A stretch of DNA of 64,000 bases from a virus: positions 32,001 through 96,000 of the IMG/VR virus record IMGVR_UViG_3300025128_006668, one strand, 5' to 3'. Both the position numbers and the translations under genes were made by a program. Each line of letters opens with the position of its first letter. Position 1 is the stretch's first letter. A model generated the notes under the pieces. That model ran no database searches. It saw only the letters and a program-made list of their open reading frames with translations, and was not told where the DNA came from. Below, in pieces: positions 35,514 through 45,633 of the stretch.

Positions 35514-35963
35514 ATGGATCAGCTTATAGAAGAAAATATGGGACTTGTTGTTTCTGTTGTTAATTCTTTTAAACCAAAGAACGCTACAGAGAGGGATGAC
35601 TATACCCAAGCGGGACGGATAGGCCTATGGAAAGCCATAGCAAAGTATCAAGTTGAAAAGGGAGCAGCTCTATCAACGTATGCATGGAATCCAATCAGGT
35701 GGGAAATTATAAAAGAGATAAAGTCTCTAAAGAAGGGCCGATACCTTACACTGTCTTCGGAGCCCGATGGTTATAATTCTAAGGAATCATTTTGGGAGAT
35801 ATGCCCAAGCAATATATCCGACGAAGAATGCCATTTGTTAGAGCTTAGAAGAATGGGATATAAGCTAGATGAGGTATGTCAGATAATAGGCAGAAGCAAA
35901 TCGTATGTCAAAAAAACGATATACGGAGCCATTCATAAAATAAGGGAATCAAATGAACAATAG
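35514..35963 (+). CDS. Small sigma-70 family sigma factor
   Basis: Region 2 ENMGLV...DYTQAGRIGLWKA...LSTYA plus a region 4 HTH. Confidence 0.85.
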   Translation: MDQLIEENMGLVVSVVNSFKPKNATERDDYTQAGRIGLWKAIAKYQVEKGAALSTYAWNPIRWEIIKEIKSLKKGRYLTLSSEPDGYNSKESFWEICPSNISDEECHLLELRRMGYKLDEVCQIIGRSKSYVKKTIYGAIHKIRESNEQ

Positions 35964-37593
35964 AAAGAAGAGGGTTCTAGTACTCTCAGAATCTCATCAC
36001 TTAGCTTCCGGGTTTGGAACTTATGGCAAAGAGGTTATTAGTCGCCTTGTAGATACAGGGAAGTATGATATTGCGGAGTTCGCGTGCTTTGGTCACCCAG
36101 CACATTCCCATTCGGTTCCTTGGGATTATTATGGTAATATGCCAATGAGTGCAGACGAAGAAAAGCAATATAACACAAGTCCTATAAACTCTTTTGGATA
36201 CTGGAAATTCGACCTTACATGCTTGCACTTTAAACCAGATATCGTAATATCTTATAGAGATCCTTGGATGGATAAATGGTTGTCTCTACATCCGTATAGA
36301 GATTATTTTCACTGGGCTTGGATGCCGACCGTAGACTCTGCCCCTCAAAGACGAGAGTGGTTAGATATATTTGAAGGCTGCGATGCTATATTTACATACT
36401 CAGAGTTTGGAACAAAGACCCTTTTGGATCAAACCAATGGAAAAATAAATGTTATTGGCTGTGCGTCTCCCGGCATAGATCCTAATCTATTCAAGCCAGT
36501 TGAAGACAAGAAGCAACTAAAGGCAGAGCTAGGGCTACCTGAAGACTGTTTCATAGTCGGAACAGTAATGAGGAATCAAAAAAGAAAACTCTTCATAGAG
36601 CTTATCAAATCTTTTAGAATATTTCTTGACAATGCTCCAAAAGAAATAGCCGAAAAAACATACTTGTATCTGCACACTAGCTATCCAGAAAAAAGCGGCT
36701 GGGACATAGGTGGAGCGCTAGTAGAGATGGGAGTCGCATCACGAACATTTGTAACATACTGCTGTAGAAATTGTGGCGAATGGTTTACTACCAAGTTTAG
36801 AGATGCTATAACAACGTGCAAGTATTGTGGGGCAAGATCTGCGTATATGCCACATGTAAGTCACGGATTAGATGTTCCAGACCTAATAAAAGTCTACAAC
36901 TTATTTGACATATATGTTCAGTATGCTATCTGCGAAGGCTTTGGGATGCCGCAAGTGGAAGCTGCCGCATGTGGTGTTCCTGTCGCTGCGCCTAACTACA
37001 GCGCAATGGAAGATGTTGTAAGACACACTAAGGGAATACCTATAGATATAGCCTGCAAGTTTAGAGAGATGGATACGGGAGCAGACAGGATTTATCCCTG
37101 CAACAAGCATCTAGCTAAAATACTGGAAGACTTCTTCTCGTCTAGCGAGGAGGAAAGAAATAAGAAGAGTGTCGAGGCAAGAGAAGGCGCAATCAAAAGA
37201 TATAATTGGGACGACACAGCTAAGGTATGGGAGAAGTACTTGGATAGTTATACGCCTACTGGACTTCAAGGAGAGTGGGGATCTCCTCCAAGATTCAAAA
37301 CCCCTGTTGAGCAAATTCCAGACTTGCCTAACAACACTGACCTTACCAGATGGCTTTTGGCAAACGTGGAGCAATCTGAAGATAAAGTATTCTCAAAGCA
37401 GTCGGCAGATTTTTCTGCTGCTTTAAACTTTGGTGCAATGCTGCAGGGAGGACTAGAGCCTATGGACAGAGAGAAGCTTATAAATATAGCTAAGTCAAAT
37501 GCTCAAGCTTATAATAAAGCAGAGAATATAAGAGTCTCCAATGTCGAAATACCAGTGCCTAATTTCTACAGAAAGGCTGAAGCGAACAAATGA
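35953..37593 (+). CDS. GT4-family glycosyltransferase with Zn-ribbon insert
   Basis: SGFG, RNQKRK, EGFGMPQVEAAACGVP; CRNC...CKYC insert. Confidence 0.88.
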   Translation: MNNRKKRVLVLSESHHLASGFGTYGKEVISRLVDTGKYDIAEFACFGHPAHSHSVPWDYYGNMPMSADEEKQYNTSPINSFGYWKFDLTCLHFKPDIVISYRDPWMDKWLSLHPYRDYFHWAWMPTVDSAPQRREWLDIFEGCDAIFTYSEFGTKTLLDQTNGKINVIGCASPGIDPNLFKPVEDKKQLKAELGLPEDCFIVGTVMRNQKRKLFIELIKSFRIFLDNAPKEIAEKTYLYLHTSYPEKSGWDIGGALVEMGVASRTFVTYCCRNCGEWFTTKFRDAITTCKYCGARSAYMPHVSHGLDVPDLIKVYNLFDIYVQYAICEGFGMPQVEAAACGVPVAAPNYSAMEDVVRHTKGIPIDIACKFREMDTGADRIYPCNKHLAKILEDFFSSSEEERNKKSVEAREGAIKRYNWDDTAKVWEKYLDSYTPTGLQGEWGSPPRFKTPVEQIPDLPNNTDLTRWLLANVEQSEDKVFSKQSADFSAALNFGAMLQGGLEPMDREKLINIAKSNAQAYNKAENIRVSNVEIPVPNFYRKAEANK

Positions 37594-38630
37594 GAAAAAG
37601 TATTTTAACAATAAGTCCATATTCAGAAATTTCTGAGATTGGAAGAAAATCGGTAACCGTTTGTTCTAATATACACTCGATAGATTCTGTTAGAGCCGTT
37701 CATAAGAACGCTATTGATCCTACATTAGGTCAGAATCCTAAGATTCTTATTATGAATAACTCAGCTGCAAAAAAATATGACCTGTGCGTGCAGCATGTGA
37801 TGCCGCATCTAATAGCAAAGGTAGACATTCCCACGTTTTCTTTTTACGAGCCGAATTCTTATGGTAACCAGTCTTTTGATTCTTGGCTCCAGTGTACCGA
37901 TAGCATAGTAGTCAGATCAGAAGAGCAAAAAAAAGCACTTTCAGAAAGAGTGCGACAAAGAGCAATCGTGATACCTCCATCTATAGATCATGGAGCTAAG
38001 ATTGGCTATAAGCAAGTGCTTGATGAATTCACATTCTTTGTGCCAAATGGTAAGTATAACGGCAACAACGCAGACGTGCTTATGGCATACCTTATGGAGT
38101 TTGGGCAAGAAGAGTCTGTTAGGTTAGGCATTATGTCAGCCAACCCGCAGGCAACTATAGACGAAATACATGCTTTGAAAACAGGTATGTGTCTTTACGC
38201 TAAGGACTTATTTCCGGAAATTAAGATATACACAGACATAGCTACAATGATGAACGAGGGCTGTTGCTGTATAGATGTTGTTTCATCTCTATCTTATCAG
38301 CCAACTACTCTTCTTAGCATGGCTCAAGGGAGTCCTTCTATCATGCTCAAAAACTCGTGTCTCGCAGAGTGGATGCCAGAAGAACTCTACTACCCCGTAG
38401 AAAGCTACAGAGATGTCTGTAAATTCACGGAAAATAGACCAATAGAAATCCAGCCTGCGCGATGTGAGATACACTATCCCATAGTGAAAAGCATAAGACA
38501 ACAGATGAGAAAAGCATACGAAGATAGACTAGGCTTCCTAAGCAAGCAAAAGAAAATTAGAAAATCTTTGTTAGATATTTTTGGACAGGAAAAATTTGAA
38601 AAAGAGTTTAAGGAAAAAATATGTTCGTAG
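37590..38630 (+). CDS. Divergent GT-B glycosyltransferase-like protein
   Basis: CVQHVMPH, VIPPS, AYLMEF...V.L, SMAQGSP, IRQQMRKAYE pattern; cluster context. Confidence 0.55.
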   Translation: MRKSILTISPYSEISEIGRKSVTVCSNIHSIDSVRAVHKNAIDPTLGQNPKILIMNNSAAKKYDLCVQHVMPHLIAKVDIPTFSFYEPNSYGNQSFDSWLQCTDSIVVRSEEQKKALSERVRQRAIVIPPSIDHGAKIGYKQVLDEFTFFVPNGKYNGNNADVLMAYLMEFGQEESVRLGIMSANPQATIDEIHALKTGMCLYAKDLFPEIKIYTDIATMMNEGCCCIDVVSSLSYQPTTLLSMAQGSPSIMLKNSCLAEWMPEELYYPVESYRDVCKFTENRPIEIQPARCEIHYPIVKSIRQQMRKAYEDRLGFLSKQKKIRKSLLDIFGQEKFEKEFKEKICS

Positions 38631-39550
38631 TAAAAAATCTTATAGACTCAGGACAGACAACAAAGAAAGTAGCAATTTTTTGTTCTACCAACCAAGAGTA
38701 TGTCGCACCAATCTCAGAATGTGATATTAAATCATATATAATGAGGCATGATCAGTGGCCTCTTAGCGTAGAGCAATTTTCATCAAATATGAGGATCGTA
38801 CAGACGAAAGACGCTGTAGACTCGTCTATTGACTGCGTTATCTGCGTAGGCATGGCTGATAACTACGACCATGCAGTAGCATATGCAAAGAAAAACTGTG
38901 TGCCTCTTGTATTGGTCAGGGAGACAAGCGATAAAACATACGCTATATATCCATATTCTACAAACGTCAACAGAAGAGAGCATATCTCACCGGATGTCTT
39001 AGTTGACATTATTGAATCCGGAGAATCTGAACTGGATGATAATAATATGGTGGTTACAATCCCTCCTGTAAAATCCAAGCTACAGGTGCTGACAAAAAGA
39101 GCTTATGAAAAGATTACTATAAATACAAACATACCTAAAGAGGTCTTTACTCATTATCGGTCAATGTTAGCCGGCCTTAATGTGCAACCGCATGACAGGA
39201 AGTCTCCAAGCAGTTCTGACATATACATAGAGACTTGGGTTGGGGATATTATAATGCCATTAAGATGTATGAGTGCTGGATCTATCGTTATGCTCCCCGA
39301 CTCTCAAGAAGCTCGCAGAATAGTAGAACACGAGAAAAATGGTTTTATATATACTGACTTTCAGGACATGAGGGCTAATATGATTAAGATTCTTCAAGGA
39401 AAAGGTGAAGGAACTCTTCAGGAGGTTTCAGAAAATGCTCGTGAATCAGCACCACAGTTCTTCTGCTCCGAAGAAGAATTCGTGTCCAGATGGGAGACTA
39501 TAATAAACTTACTATGTTCAACAAAATCTAAGTTAGGTAATATACTATGA
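38621..39550 (+). CDS. Divergent GT-B glycosyltransferase-like protein
   Basis: CMSAG...IVEHEKNGF...SENARE...F...FVSRW resembles the GT4 C-terminal domain. Confidence 0.55.
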   Translation: MFVVKNLIDSGQTTKKVAIFCSTNQEYVAPISECDIKSYIMRHDQWPLSVEQFSSNMRIVQTKDAVDSSIDCVICVGMADNYDHAVAYAKKNCVPLVLVRETSDKTYAIYPYSTNVNRREHISPDVLVDIIESGESELDDNNMVVTIPPVKSKLQVLTKRAYEKITINTNIPKEVFTHYRSMLAGLNVQPHDRKSPSSSDIYIETWVGDIIMPLRCMSAGSIVMLPDSQEARRIVEHEKNGFIYTDFQDMRANMIKILQGKGEGTLQEVSENARESAPQFFCSEEEFVSRWETIINLLCSTKSKLGNIL

Positions 39551-39963
39551 AAGCTATTATTTTTTCTTCGGCAAAGAAGCCGATACTCCCCGGAATCAAA
39601 GGGAATGTAACGCAGTTAGACTTAAGTGAGATAGACAAAATAAAGAGAAGCTCGCTGACAGAGCTTGAATGCTTCGACGTACTAGAGTCTTCTGAAGACG
39701 ACAATATACTCGACAGCCTTATGTCGAAACTGAGAACAGGAGGTATGCTTAAGCTAAAAGGAACAGATGCTCGTCAAGTGTGCAAGGTCTTTGATAGGGG
39801 TCATATAGGAGAAGCAGAGCTAACCGATCTGTTAATAAACAATAAAATAAGAGCCGTAAGTGTAGCAGACATCTTACAAAAAGTTTCTAATAACAAAGAG
39901 ATGTCAATAGCATTTGCCGGAGTTTCAGGAACGGGATATGTTGTAGAGGTAAAGAGAAACTGA
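39547..39963 (+). CDS. Hypothetical protein (methyltransferase-like remnant)
   Basis: DVLE...KLRTGGML segment; operonic overlap. Confidence 0.5.
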   Translation: MKAIIFSSAKKPILPGIKGNVTQLDLSEIDKIKRSSLTELECFDVLESSEDDNILDSLMSKLRTGGMLKLKGTDARQVCKVFDRGHIGEAELTDLLINNKIRAVSVADILQKVSNNKEMSIAFAGVSGTGYVVEVKRN

Positions 39964-40790
39964 TGAATCAAATAAGTCAGATACATACCACTTGTAGAGA
40001 TTGCAGATTTGCTGTGTATGAAGGTAATACTCAGGAATCATGTTCTATAGACAGGATAGATAAGCTCAGGCAAAATGGGGCTGAAATCCTTGAGGTTTAC
40101 GACGGAACAGAGAAAGAGTTCTTTGTAATCAATGATAAAATATGCGTATTTCACAGAGAAAAGGGTTGGCGTCCAGACTTAACAGACGAAGAGGTAGTGA
40201 TAGAAATAGAAAGCGCTACAAAGATACCTTATCAATGGATCATAGTTGAAGAGGATAATCTATACTCACAAGAAATAATGAGAGAGAACATACAGACTCT
40301 TTCAAAAGAGTTTAATCCTCCTGCCATTTTAGACTTTGTTATAAGGAGATTTGACCGGACAGGTGAACAAATAAGTGACTCAATAACATGGATCGAAGAT
40401 ACTATGCAAGAACATGGTCTAAGCTGCGTCTGGAGAGTTCAGGCCGTGCTAGACGAAGAGCTAGACTCAAGAAATTGTATTGACATGTGCGTCGATTTGC
40501 ATGACAAGAAAGATGCCACAATGGCATACATATGTTTTACAAGCGACTTTGTGATACCTGATGGGATTACTGAAGAGTTACACAAATCTATAAATGACTA
40601 TAACAAGAAGCCCATATTCGCGGAGCCAGTTGAAGGCATAAACGGACTATTGATGAACAGGATAATGCATAGAAAGCACACAGGAAATGCATTCAATGTA
40701 AATATAGAAGATAAGCTAAGAGAATTTGAAGACGGTATAGAAAACTTTTCCTACAAAATTACAGAGCTATGCCCGAGCTTGAAACAGTAA
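39963..40790 (+). CDS. Hypothetical protein (N-terminal CxxC...C...C)
   Basis: Operonic overlap; TCRDCRF motif. Confidence 0.65.
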   Translation: MNQISQIHTTCRDCRFAVYEGNTQESCSIDRIDKLRQNGAEILEVYDGTEKEFFVINDKICVFHREKGWRPDLTDEEVVIEIESATKIPYQWIIVEEDNLYSQEIMRENIQTLSKEFNPPAILDFVIRRFDRTGEQISDSITWIEDTMQEHGLSCVWRVQAVLDEELDSRNCIDMCVDLHDKKDATMAYICFTSDFVIPDGITEELHKSINDYNKKPIFAEPVEGINGLLMNRIMHRKHTGNAFNVNIEDKLREFEDGIENFSYKITELCPSLKQ

Positions 40791-41164
40791 TAATTGCGCA
40801 CGGAGAATTACTCAAGCCCGGACAGAAGCATAAGAAAGTAGTTGCTTGGTACAATGTTCCTCCTTCAGAAACTTTTATTGCTGACACCTTTAAGAAGGCC
40901 ATTGGCAATGATATCTTTGGCATTATATCAAGCCCATATAGGTTTGCAGATGAGAATAGTCTAAGCATAATACTAAAAATTTTTAACAGCGACCCAAACA
41001 AGGTAGCAATGGTGCAAGCAGAAGAGTCTAGTCCGTCATCTCCTATGCTTTTTATAAACATGAGGTTGATACCTAGTCAAGGTTTTAATCTAAAGAACTT
41101 TGGATCTTTCTGTCAAGAAAAAGGATATACCACATTCAATGTTGCTGGACTTTTTACAAAATGA
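40769..41164 (+). CDS. Hypothetical protein
   Basis: Fills the operon gap with overlaps at both ends. Confidence 0.55.
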   Translation: MPELETVIIAHGELLKPGQKHKKVVAWYNVPPSETFIADTFKKAIGNDIFGIISSPYRFADENSLSIILKIFNSDPNKVAMVQAEESSPSSPMLFINMRLIPSQGFNLKNFGSFCQEKGYTTFNVAGLFTK

Positions 41165-41847
41165 TTAAGAACAACAAAAAGATGACTGTCATAATACCTG
41201 CCGCAGGAGCAGGCAGAAGGATGAAGTCATATGGCCCTAAGTGCTTAATAGACTTAACTCCGAACCAAACGATACTGGATAGGCAGTTAGAGATAATAAA
41301 CAATACATTTAAAAGAACGGAAATAATATTGGTATGCGGTTTTGAGTCAGAAAAAGTTATACAGAAGGCTCCTGAAGAATGCATAAAGGTAGAAAACGAG
41401 CTATACGAAGATACAAATGTAGCTAGAAGTGTAGCTATGGCTCTAAGGGCAACAACTGCAAAAGATATCTTGATAGTAAATGGAGATCTGGTATTTTCTA
41501 GAGAAATACTAAAGCACATCGACTACTCATCGTCATGCACCATCTGCTCTAAAGATCCTGAAAGAGAAAGTGAAGTTGGGTGCATTATAGACCAACAAGG
41601 AAACCTATCTCATATAATGTATGACTTAGAAAAAAAGTGGAGTCAGATAGTATACTTGAAAGGAAAAGAACTCATCCTATTCAAAAAGCATATATGGGAC
41701 ACTAGATATAGAAAATATTTTATGTTTGAGATAATAAACAAAGTAATAGAAACCGGAGGAGCAATTAAATGCAGAGAAGTCTTCGGTGAAAAAATAATTG
41801 ATGTAGACAACTCAAAAGACCTTGTAAGGGCAAAGGAGATTGTATGA
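41161..41847 (+). CDS. NTP-transferase (LicC/GlmU-like nucleotidyltransferase)
   Basis: IIPAAGAGRRMKSYGPKCLI, ENELYEDTN, NGDLVF, DVDNSKDL. Confidence 0.88.
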   Translation: MIKNNKKMTVIIPAAGAGRRMKSYGPKCLIDLTPNQTILDRQLEIINNTFKRTEIILVCGFESEKVIQKAPEECIKVENELYEDTNVARSVAMALRATTAKDILIVNGDLVFSREILKHIDYSSSCTICSKDPERESEVGCIIDQQGNLSHIMYDLEKKWSQIVYLKGKELILFKKHIWDTRYRKYFMFEIINKVIETGGAIKCREVFGEKIIDVDNSKDLVRAKEIV

Positions 41848-42683
41848 GATTTGTAATTGATAAGAGCTTATCAGAATGGAATAAATTAGCCACTACTTTT
41901 GGGAGCTGTGGGATAGAGATAGTAATTTGGGAACCGGACAAGGTTTCAGAGATTGATATGTTTGATAGAATGAAGCCAGATATATTGTTTTACTCTCAGA
42001 ATGCAGATGCCTCTGTGTTTAGCTATGCTACGCAAGGAACAAATGTAAAAACAGTCATGTTAGGCCGATATAAAAAAATGGATACTAAGCTTTACTCTCC
42101 TAGTCTAGTAGTAGGAGATACCTCTGTGGAAGAAGTTCCTTTAATAAAGCATCAGAGATATTTACCTGCTATCGTCGGACCAAAAGAAGGAAGATACAGA
42201 AAAGAACTGGAATGTGACTTAGCTTGCTTCACAGATGAGTTTATAGGCATACCCGAGGAGAACCTACAAAACCTTTTGATGGTACTAATGAAACATAAGT
42301 GCCGGATGTTTGGACTTTTGAAGGTTAATGTCCCTAACTACCTAGGTGTAGTTTCAGATGAGATGAAATCAGATATAGTTGCCTCGGCAAAATTTTACCT
42401 TGATCCTCAGGCCAAGTCTTGGGGTGAAGCAGTGATATCCGGAGGCATGCCTCTGGTAATGAGTAGCGAACAGTTGAAAGTGCCTACATTTTCAAACTTG
42501 AACGAACTAGATTCGTACTTAACAGAGAACAAAAAGAAAAAGCATACTAGGCTTAATAAGATAGAAAAGAATTTGCTATTTAAGAATAGGAACTTTTCAG
42601 ATCTCGCTATAGAGATATCCAATTTCTTTGGGATCAAAAACCTTACTAATGCTCTAGTTAACAGCAGGAGAAGTGCAATATGA
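41844..42683 (+). CDS. Hypothetical protein (possible divergent glycosyltransferase)
   Basis: KPDILF segment; glycosylation-cluster context. Confidence 0.55.
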   Translation: MRFVIDKSLSEWNKLATTFGSCGIEIVIWEPDKVSEIDMFDRMKPDILFYSQNADASVFSYATQGTNVKTVMLGRYKKMDTKLYSPSLVVGDTSVEEVPLIKHQRYLPAIVGPKEGRYRKELECDLACFTDEFIGIPEENLQNLLMVLMKHKCRMFGLLKVNVPNYLGVVSDEMKSDIVASAKFYLDPQAKSWGEAVISGGMPLVMSSEQLKVPTFSNLNELDSYLTENKKKKHTRLNKIEKNLLFKNRNFSDLAIEISNFFGIKNLTNALVNSRRSAI

Positions 42684-43108
42684 TTGGAATAATAAAAGAA
42701 TCGTTCACAATTGAAGAGTTGTCCAAAATAGACGATATCTCGTCACGCAACGATGTGATACTATTTACAGATACCAGAATGCCCGCTAATGATTTCCGAA
42801 ATATAGCTACGACGAGTGTTTCAAGAAGCTTTGAGTTTGAGGGAACTTTAATATCAACCTGCTACAGAAGTACTGAGTACCTTCTTAATAACCGTAGCGC
42901 AAAGCGTAAGATCTTTTATGCTAGCGACTTAGAATGGACCAAACATGACAATCTGTCTTATAGTAAACCACTAGGAATTTACAACTCCGAAGAAATTGAA
43001 GTTCTGGCATCTAGTCAAGATGTCTATGATATGATTAAGACCTTCTTCAAAAAACCTAAGGGAGTAATGGAAGATTGGGATTTAGCACAAGTATCTAAGG
43101 ATATATAA
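42680..43108 (+). CDS. Hypothetical protein
   Basis: Operonic overlap; FYASDLEW motif. Confidence 0.6.
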   Translation: MIGIIKESFTIEELSKIDDISSRNDVILFTDTRMPANDFRNIATTSVSRSFEFEGTLISTCYRSTEYLLNNRSAKRKIFYASDLEWTKHDNLSYSKPLGIYNSEEIEVLASSQDVYDMIKTFFKKPKGVMEDWDLAQVSKDI

Positions 43109-43109
43109 T

Positions 43110-43892
43110 ATGTACAACGAACTTTCAGAAAAAGAAAAGAAAAAGATAATCAAGAAAAAATACTTGGGCGAGCTAATGAGCTTTGCTGAGATAGCAGAAC
43201 TTATGCAGACATACCCTAACAGGGTCAGGAGAGATGCAAAGAAGTTCGGTATAAGAATAAGAAGTCGAAGTGAATCTGCAAAGATAGCTTTAGACAAGGG
43301 ACGCTCAAAGCATCCTACTAAGGGAAAGAAAAGAGACAGCACGACCAAGAAGAAAATAAGCGAGAGCCAAGGCAAGGTCTGGGATGGTCTAAGCACCGAG
43401 GAAAGGCAAAAGAGATCTAGGATAGGAAGGGAGTCTTGGAACAAAAAGACAGACCAAGAAAAGAACGACCTTATCCAAAAAGGGTCTGCCGCTATCAGGG
43501 AATCTGCTAGGACCGGAACTAAACTTGAGAGGTTTTTACTGGAAGAGCTGACAGAGAGAAAATACGATGTACAATTTCATAGAGAGCATGTACTTAAGAA
43601 CTCTAGGCTTGAAATAGACTTATTTGTTAAACAGCTTAGAACAGCTATAGAGATAGATGGTCCTTCTCACTTCAGGCCGGTGTGGGGAGAAAAAAATCTT
43701 TTGCGAAACAAGAAATCGGACAAGCAAAAAACTGGACTTATACTAAGTCAAGGATTTGTTTTAATAAGAGTAAAACAGGATAAGAGGACATCTCAAAGAT
43801 ATTTCAGAGAAGTCCTTGATTCTATTTTAAGTATTTTATCGGACATAAAGAAACAATTCCCAGTAGAAGGAAAGAGGTATATAGAAGTATGA
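43110..43892 (+). CDS. Homing-endonuclease-like protein (HTH + NUMOD3-like + Vsr/DUF559 nuclease)
   Basis: MSFAEIAE HTH, KGKKRDSTTKKKISES, EIDLF...IEIDGPSHF...D..K. Confidence 0.75.
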   Translation: MYNELSEKEKKKIIKKKYLGELMSFAEIAELMQTYPNRVRRDAKKFGIRIRSRSESAKIALDKGRSKHPTKGKKRDSTTKKKISESQGKVWDGLSTEERQKRSRIGRESWNKKTDQEKNDLIQKGSAAIRESARTGTKLERFLLEELTERKYDVQFHREHVLKNSRLEIDLFVKQLRTAIEIDGPSHFRPVWGEKNLLRNKKSDKQKTGLILSQGFVLIRVKQDKRTSQRYFREVLDSILSILSDIKKQFPVEGKRYIEV

Positions 43893-44629
43893 AGAAGAGT
43901 GAATTTGAAGACATGGTAGAACCTGTAGAAGATTCCAAGGATCTTTCCGAAGATGTTGAAGCAGAGGAGATCATAGGGTCTGAAAATCCAAACTGGAGCG
44001 AGTATGTTCTTGACCAAATGGATGACAGCGAGCTAAAAGACGGCAACCCAACAGTGGATGGCTTAAGACGAGTCACAGAGAGAATCTATGGTGAAATAAT
44101 CCAGTCCACAAGTGATATAGTTAACTATGATGCGAGTCGTGGCGTTTGTGCGGTAAAGCATACTTTGGCGATCCAAAAATACTCTACGGACGCTATAATA
44201 ACTATAGATGGATGTGTCGATGTAAAATTTCAAAATATCCCATACCCTTTCAATCAACATCTGGTGGCTACTGCAGATACTAGAGCTGAAGGTAAGGCGC
44301 TTAGGAGAGCTTTGAAGCTTCGTGTTGTAACGGCAGAAGAGATGCAAGACACCTCAGCAGACGATGTCTTAGCATCAGAAGAAGACATAACCGATCAGCA
44401 GATATTGGCAATTAATCAAATGTGTAAAAGGCTAGATATCAGCTTGGTAGATCTTGTTAAATCAACTTCTGCTAAAACAAAGTCCATCAGAGAAATAAGT
44501 AACCTCCAAGGCCGGATGCTGTTAAGTACTTTATCAGATTACCAAAGAAGCTCAGCATCTATTCCTGATAACGTTAAGGGTTACAACACAGAGTGGAGAG
44601 AAAGTTTTGATACCGGAGGTAAAAAATGA
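43889..44629 (+). CDS. Putative Rad52-like single-strand annealing protein
   Basis: ATADTRAEGKALRRAL and C-terminal ITDQQ..AI resemble phage annealase motifs. Confidence 0.5.
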   Translation: MKKSEFEDMVEPVEDSKDLSEDVEAEEIIGSENPNWSEYVLDQMDDSELKDGNPTVDGLRRVTERIYGEIIQSTSDIVNYDASRGVCAVKHTLAIQKYSTDAIITIDGCVDVKFQNIPYPFNQHLVATADTRAEGKALRRALKLRVVTAEEMQDTSADDVLASEEDITDQQILAINQMCKRLDISLVDLVKSTSAKTKSIREISNLQGRMLLSTLSDYQRSSASIPDNVKGYNTEWRESFDTGGKK

Positions 44630-45009
44630 AAGCTAGCATAAAGACAACAACAGACCTTTCCTTTCAAGTAGAAGCCGAAACAGAAGAAGAACTATTCAAG
44701 CAAGTTGCTCGTGTTCAGGAGATATTCCAGCACAAGTCATGCGGAAAGTGTTCTTCGCCTAATGTCAGGTTTGTTTGCCGTCATGATAGTTCAGAGAATG
44801 ATTGGCTAGAAGTCGTGTGCCAAGAGTGCAGGGCAAAGTTAATTTTTGGAAGAACTAAAAAGGGCGGTCAAATATATCCAAAGATCAAATGGGATCAGTT
44901 GTCCGAAAAACAAAAAGAGCAGAGAGCTAATGAAAAGGGATATGCTGACAAAAATCGAGGATATTTGCCTGATAAAGGCTGGTTCATATACAGGCCTATC
45001 GCTTCGTAG
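44626..45009 (+). CDS. Zn-ribbon hypothetical protein
   Basis: CGKC...CQEC; GGAGG RBS. Confidence 0.65.
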   Translation: MKASIKTTTDLSFQVEAETEEELFKQVARVQEIFQHKSCGKCSSPNVRFVCRHDSSENDWLEVVCQECRAKLIFGRTKKGGQIYPKIKWDQLSEKQKEQRANEKGYADKNRGYLPDKGWFIYRPIAS

Positions 45010-45037
45010 AGCCTATATCAGATAGCTTTTAAAAACT

Positions 45038-45062
45038 AAGGGGGTTTCATACCCCCTTTTTT
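45038..45062. terminator. Terminator between convergent transcription units
   Basis: AAGGGGGT-TTCAT-ACCCCCTT stem with a T run 3' and A-rich sequence 5', at the strand switch. Confidence 0.85.
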
Positions 45063-45633
45063 ATTTCAAGACCCTGCACATATAAGAAGGGAACTGTTCT
45101 AAAGTGATTCCTTCCATAACCATGTCAAGAGTTTGTATTCTCTCGTTGACAGCTCTGATGACCGAAGAGCCCCAAGCCCCATAGGAAACATGATAGTCAT
45201 GCCCCATGATGTAGCCTCCAGCCTTAACCTTCTTAAGGGCAAGATCAATTTCTATCGAGACGCAATCATAGTGATGGTCTGAGTCCAGATAGACCCAGTC
45301 TAGAGAGTTGTCTCTGAGAGGAGCTAAGAAATCGCTTCCGTATCCACGGAACATTTCCACCTGACCAGAAAGTATCTCGTCTCTAAATAATGAGGACACG
45401 TCTTCTAAATAGTTTCCATACTCATTGACAGCATAAGGTCTGCTTCCCCACTCTTCTCCATTAGGACACTTTTCGGTCCATATGTCTACTAGAGAAAGTT
45501 TGTGTGGCTTACAACAGGCTAAAAGAGTTATAGCGTTTAATCCCTTGCAGACACCGATCTCTACTCCTATGCCATTATTTGGCACTGAGGAAAACATGTA
45601 CTCTCTACTATCAAACTCCTCTATCCTTATCAA
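45061..45633 (-). CDS. Class I SAM-dependent methyltransferase (Methyltransf_24-like)
   Basis: VEIGVCKG, LVDIW, LDWVYLDSDHHY, VKAGGYIMGHDY. Confidence 0.88.
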   Translation of the reverse strand: MIRIEEFDSREYMFSSVPNNGIGVEIGVCKGLNAITLLACCKPHKLSLVDIWTEKCPNGEEWGSRPYAVNEYGNYLEDVSSLFRDEILSGQVEMFRGYGSDFLAPLRDNSLDWVYLDSDHHYDCVSIEIDLALKKVKAGGYIMGHDYHVSYGAWGSSVIRAVNERIQTLDMVMEGITLEQFPSYMCRVLK

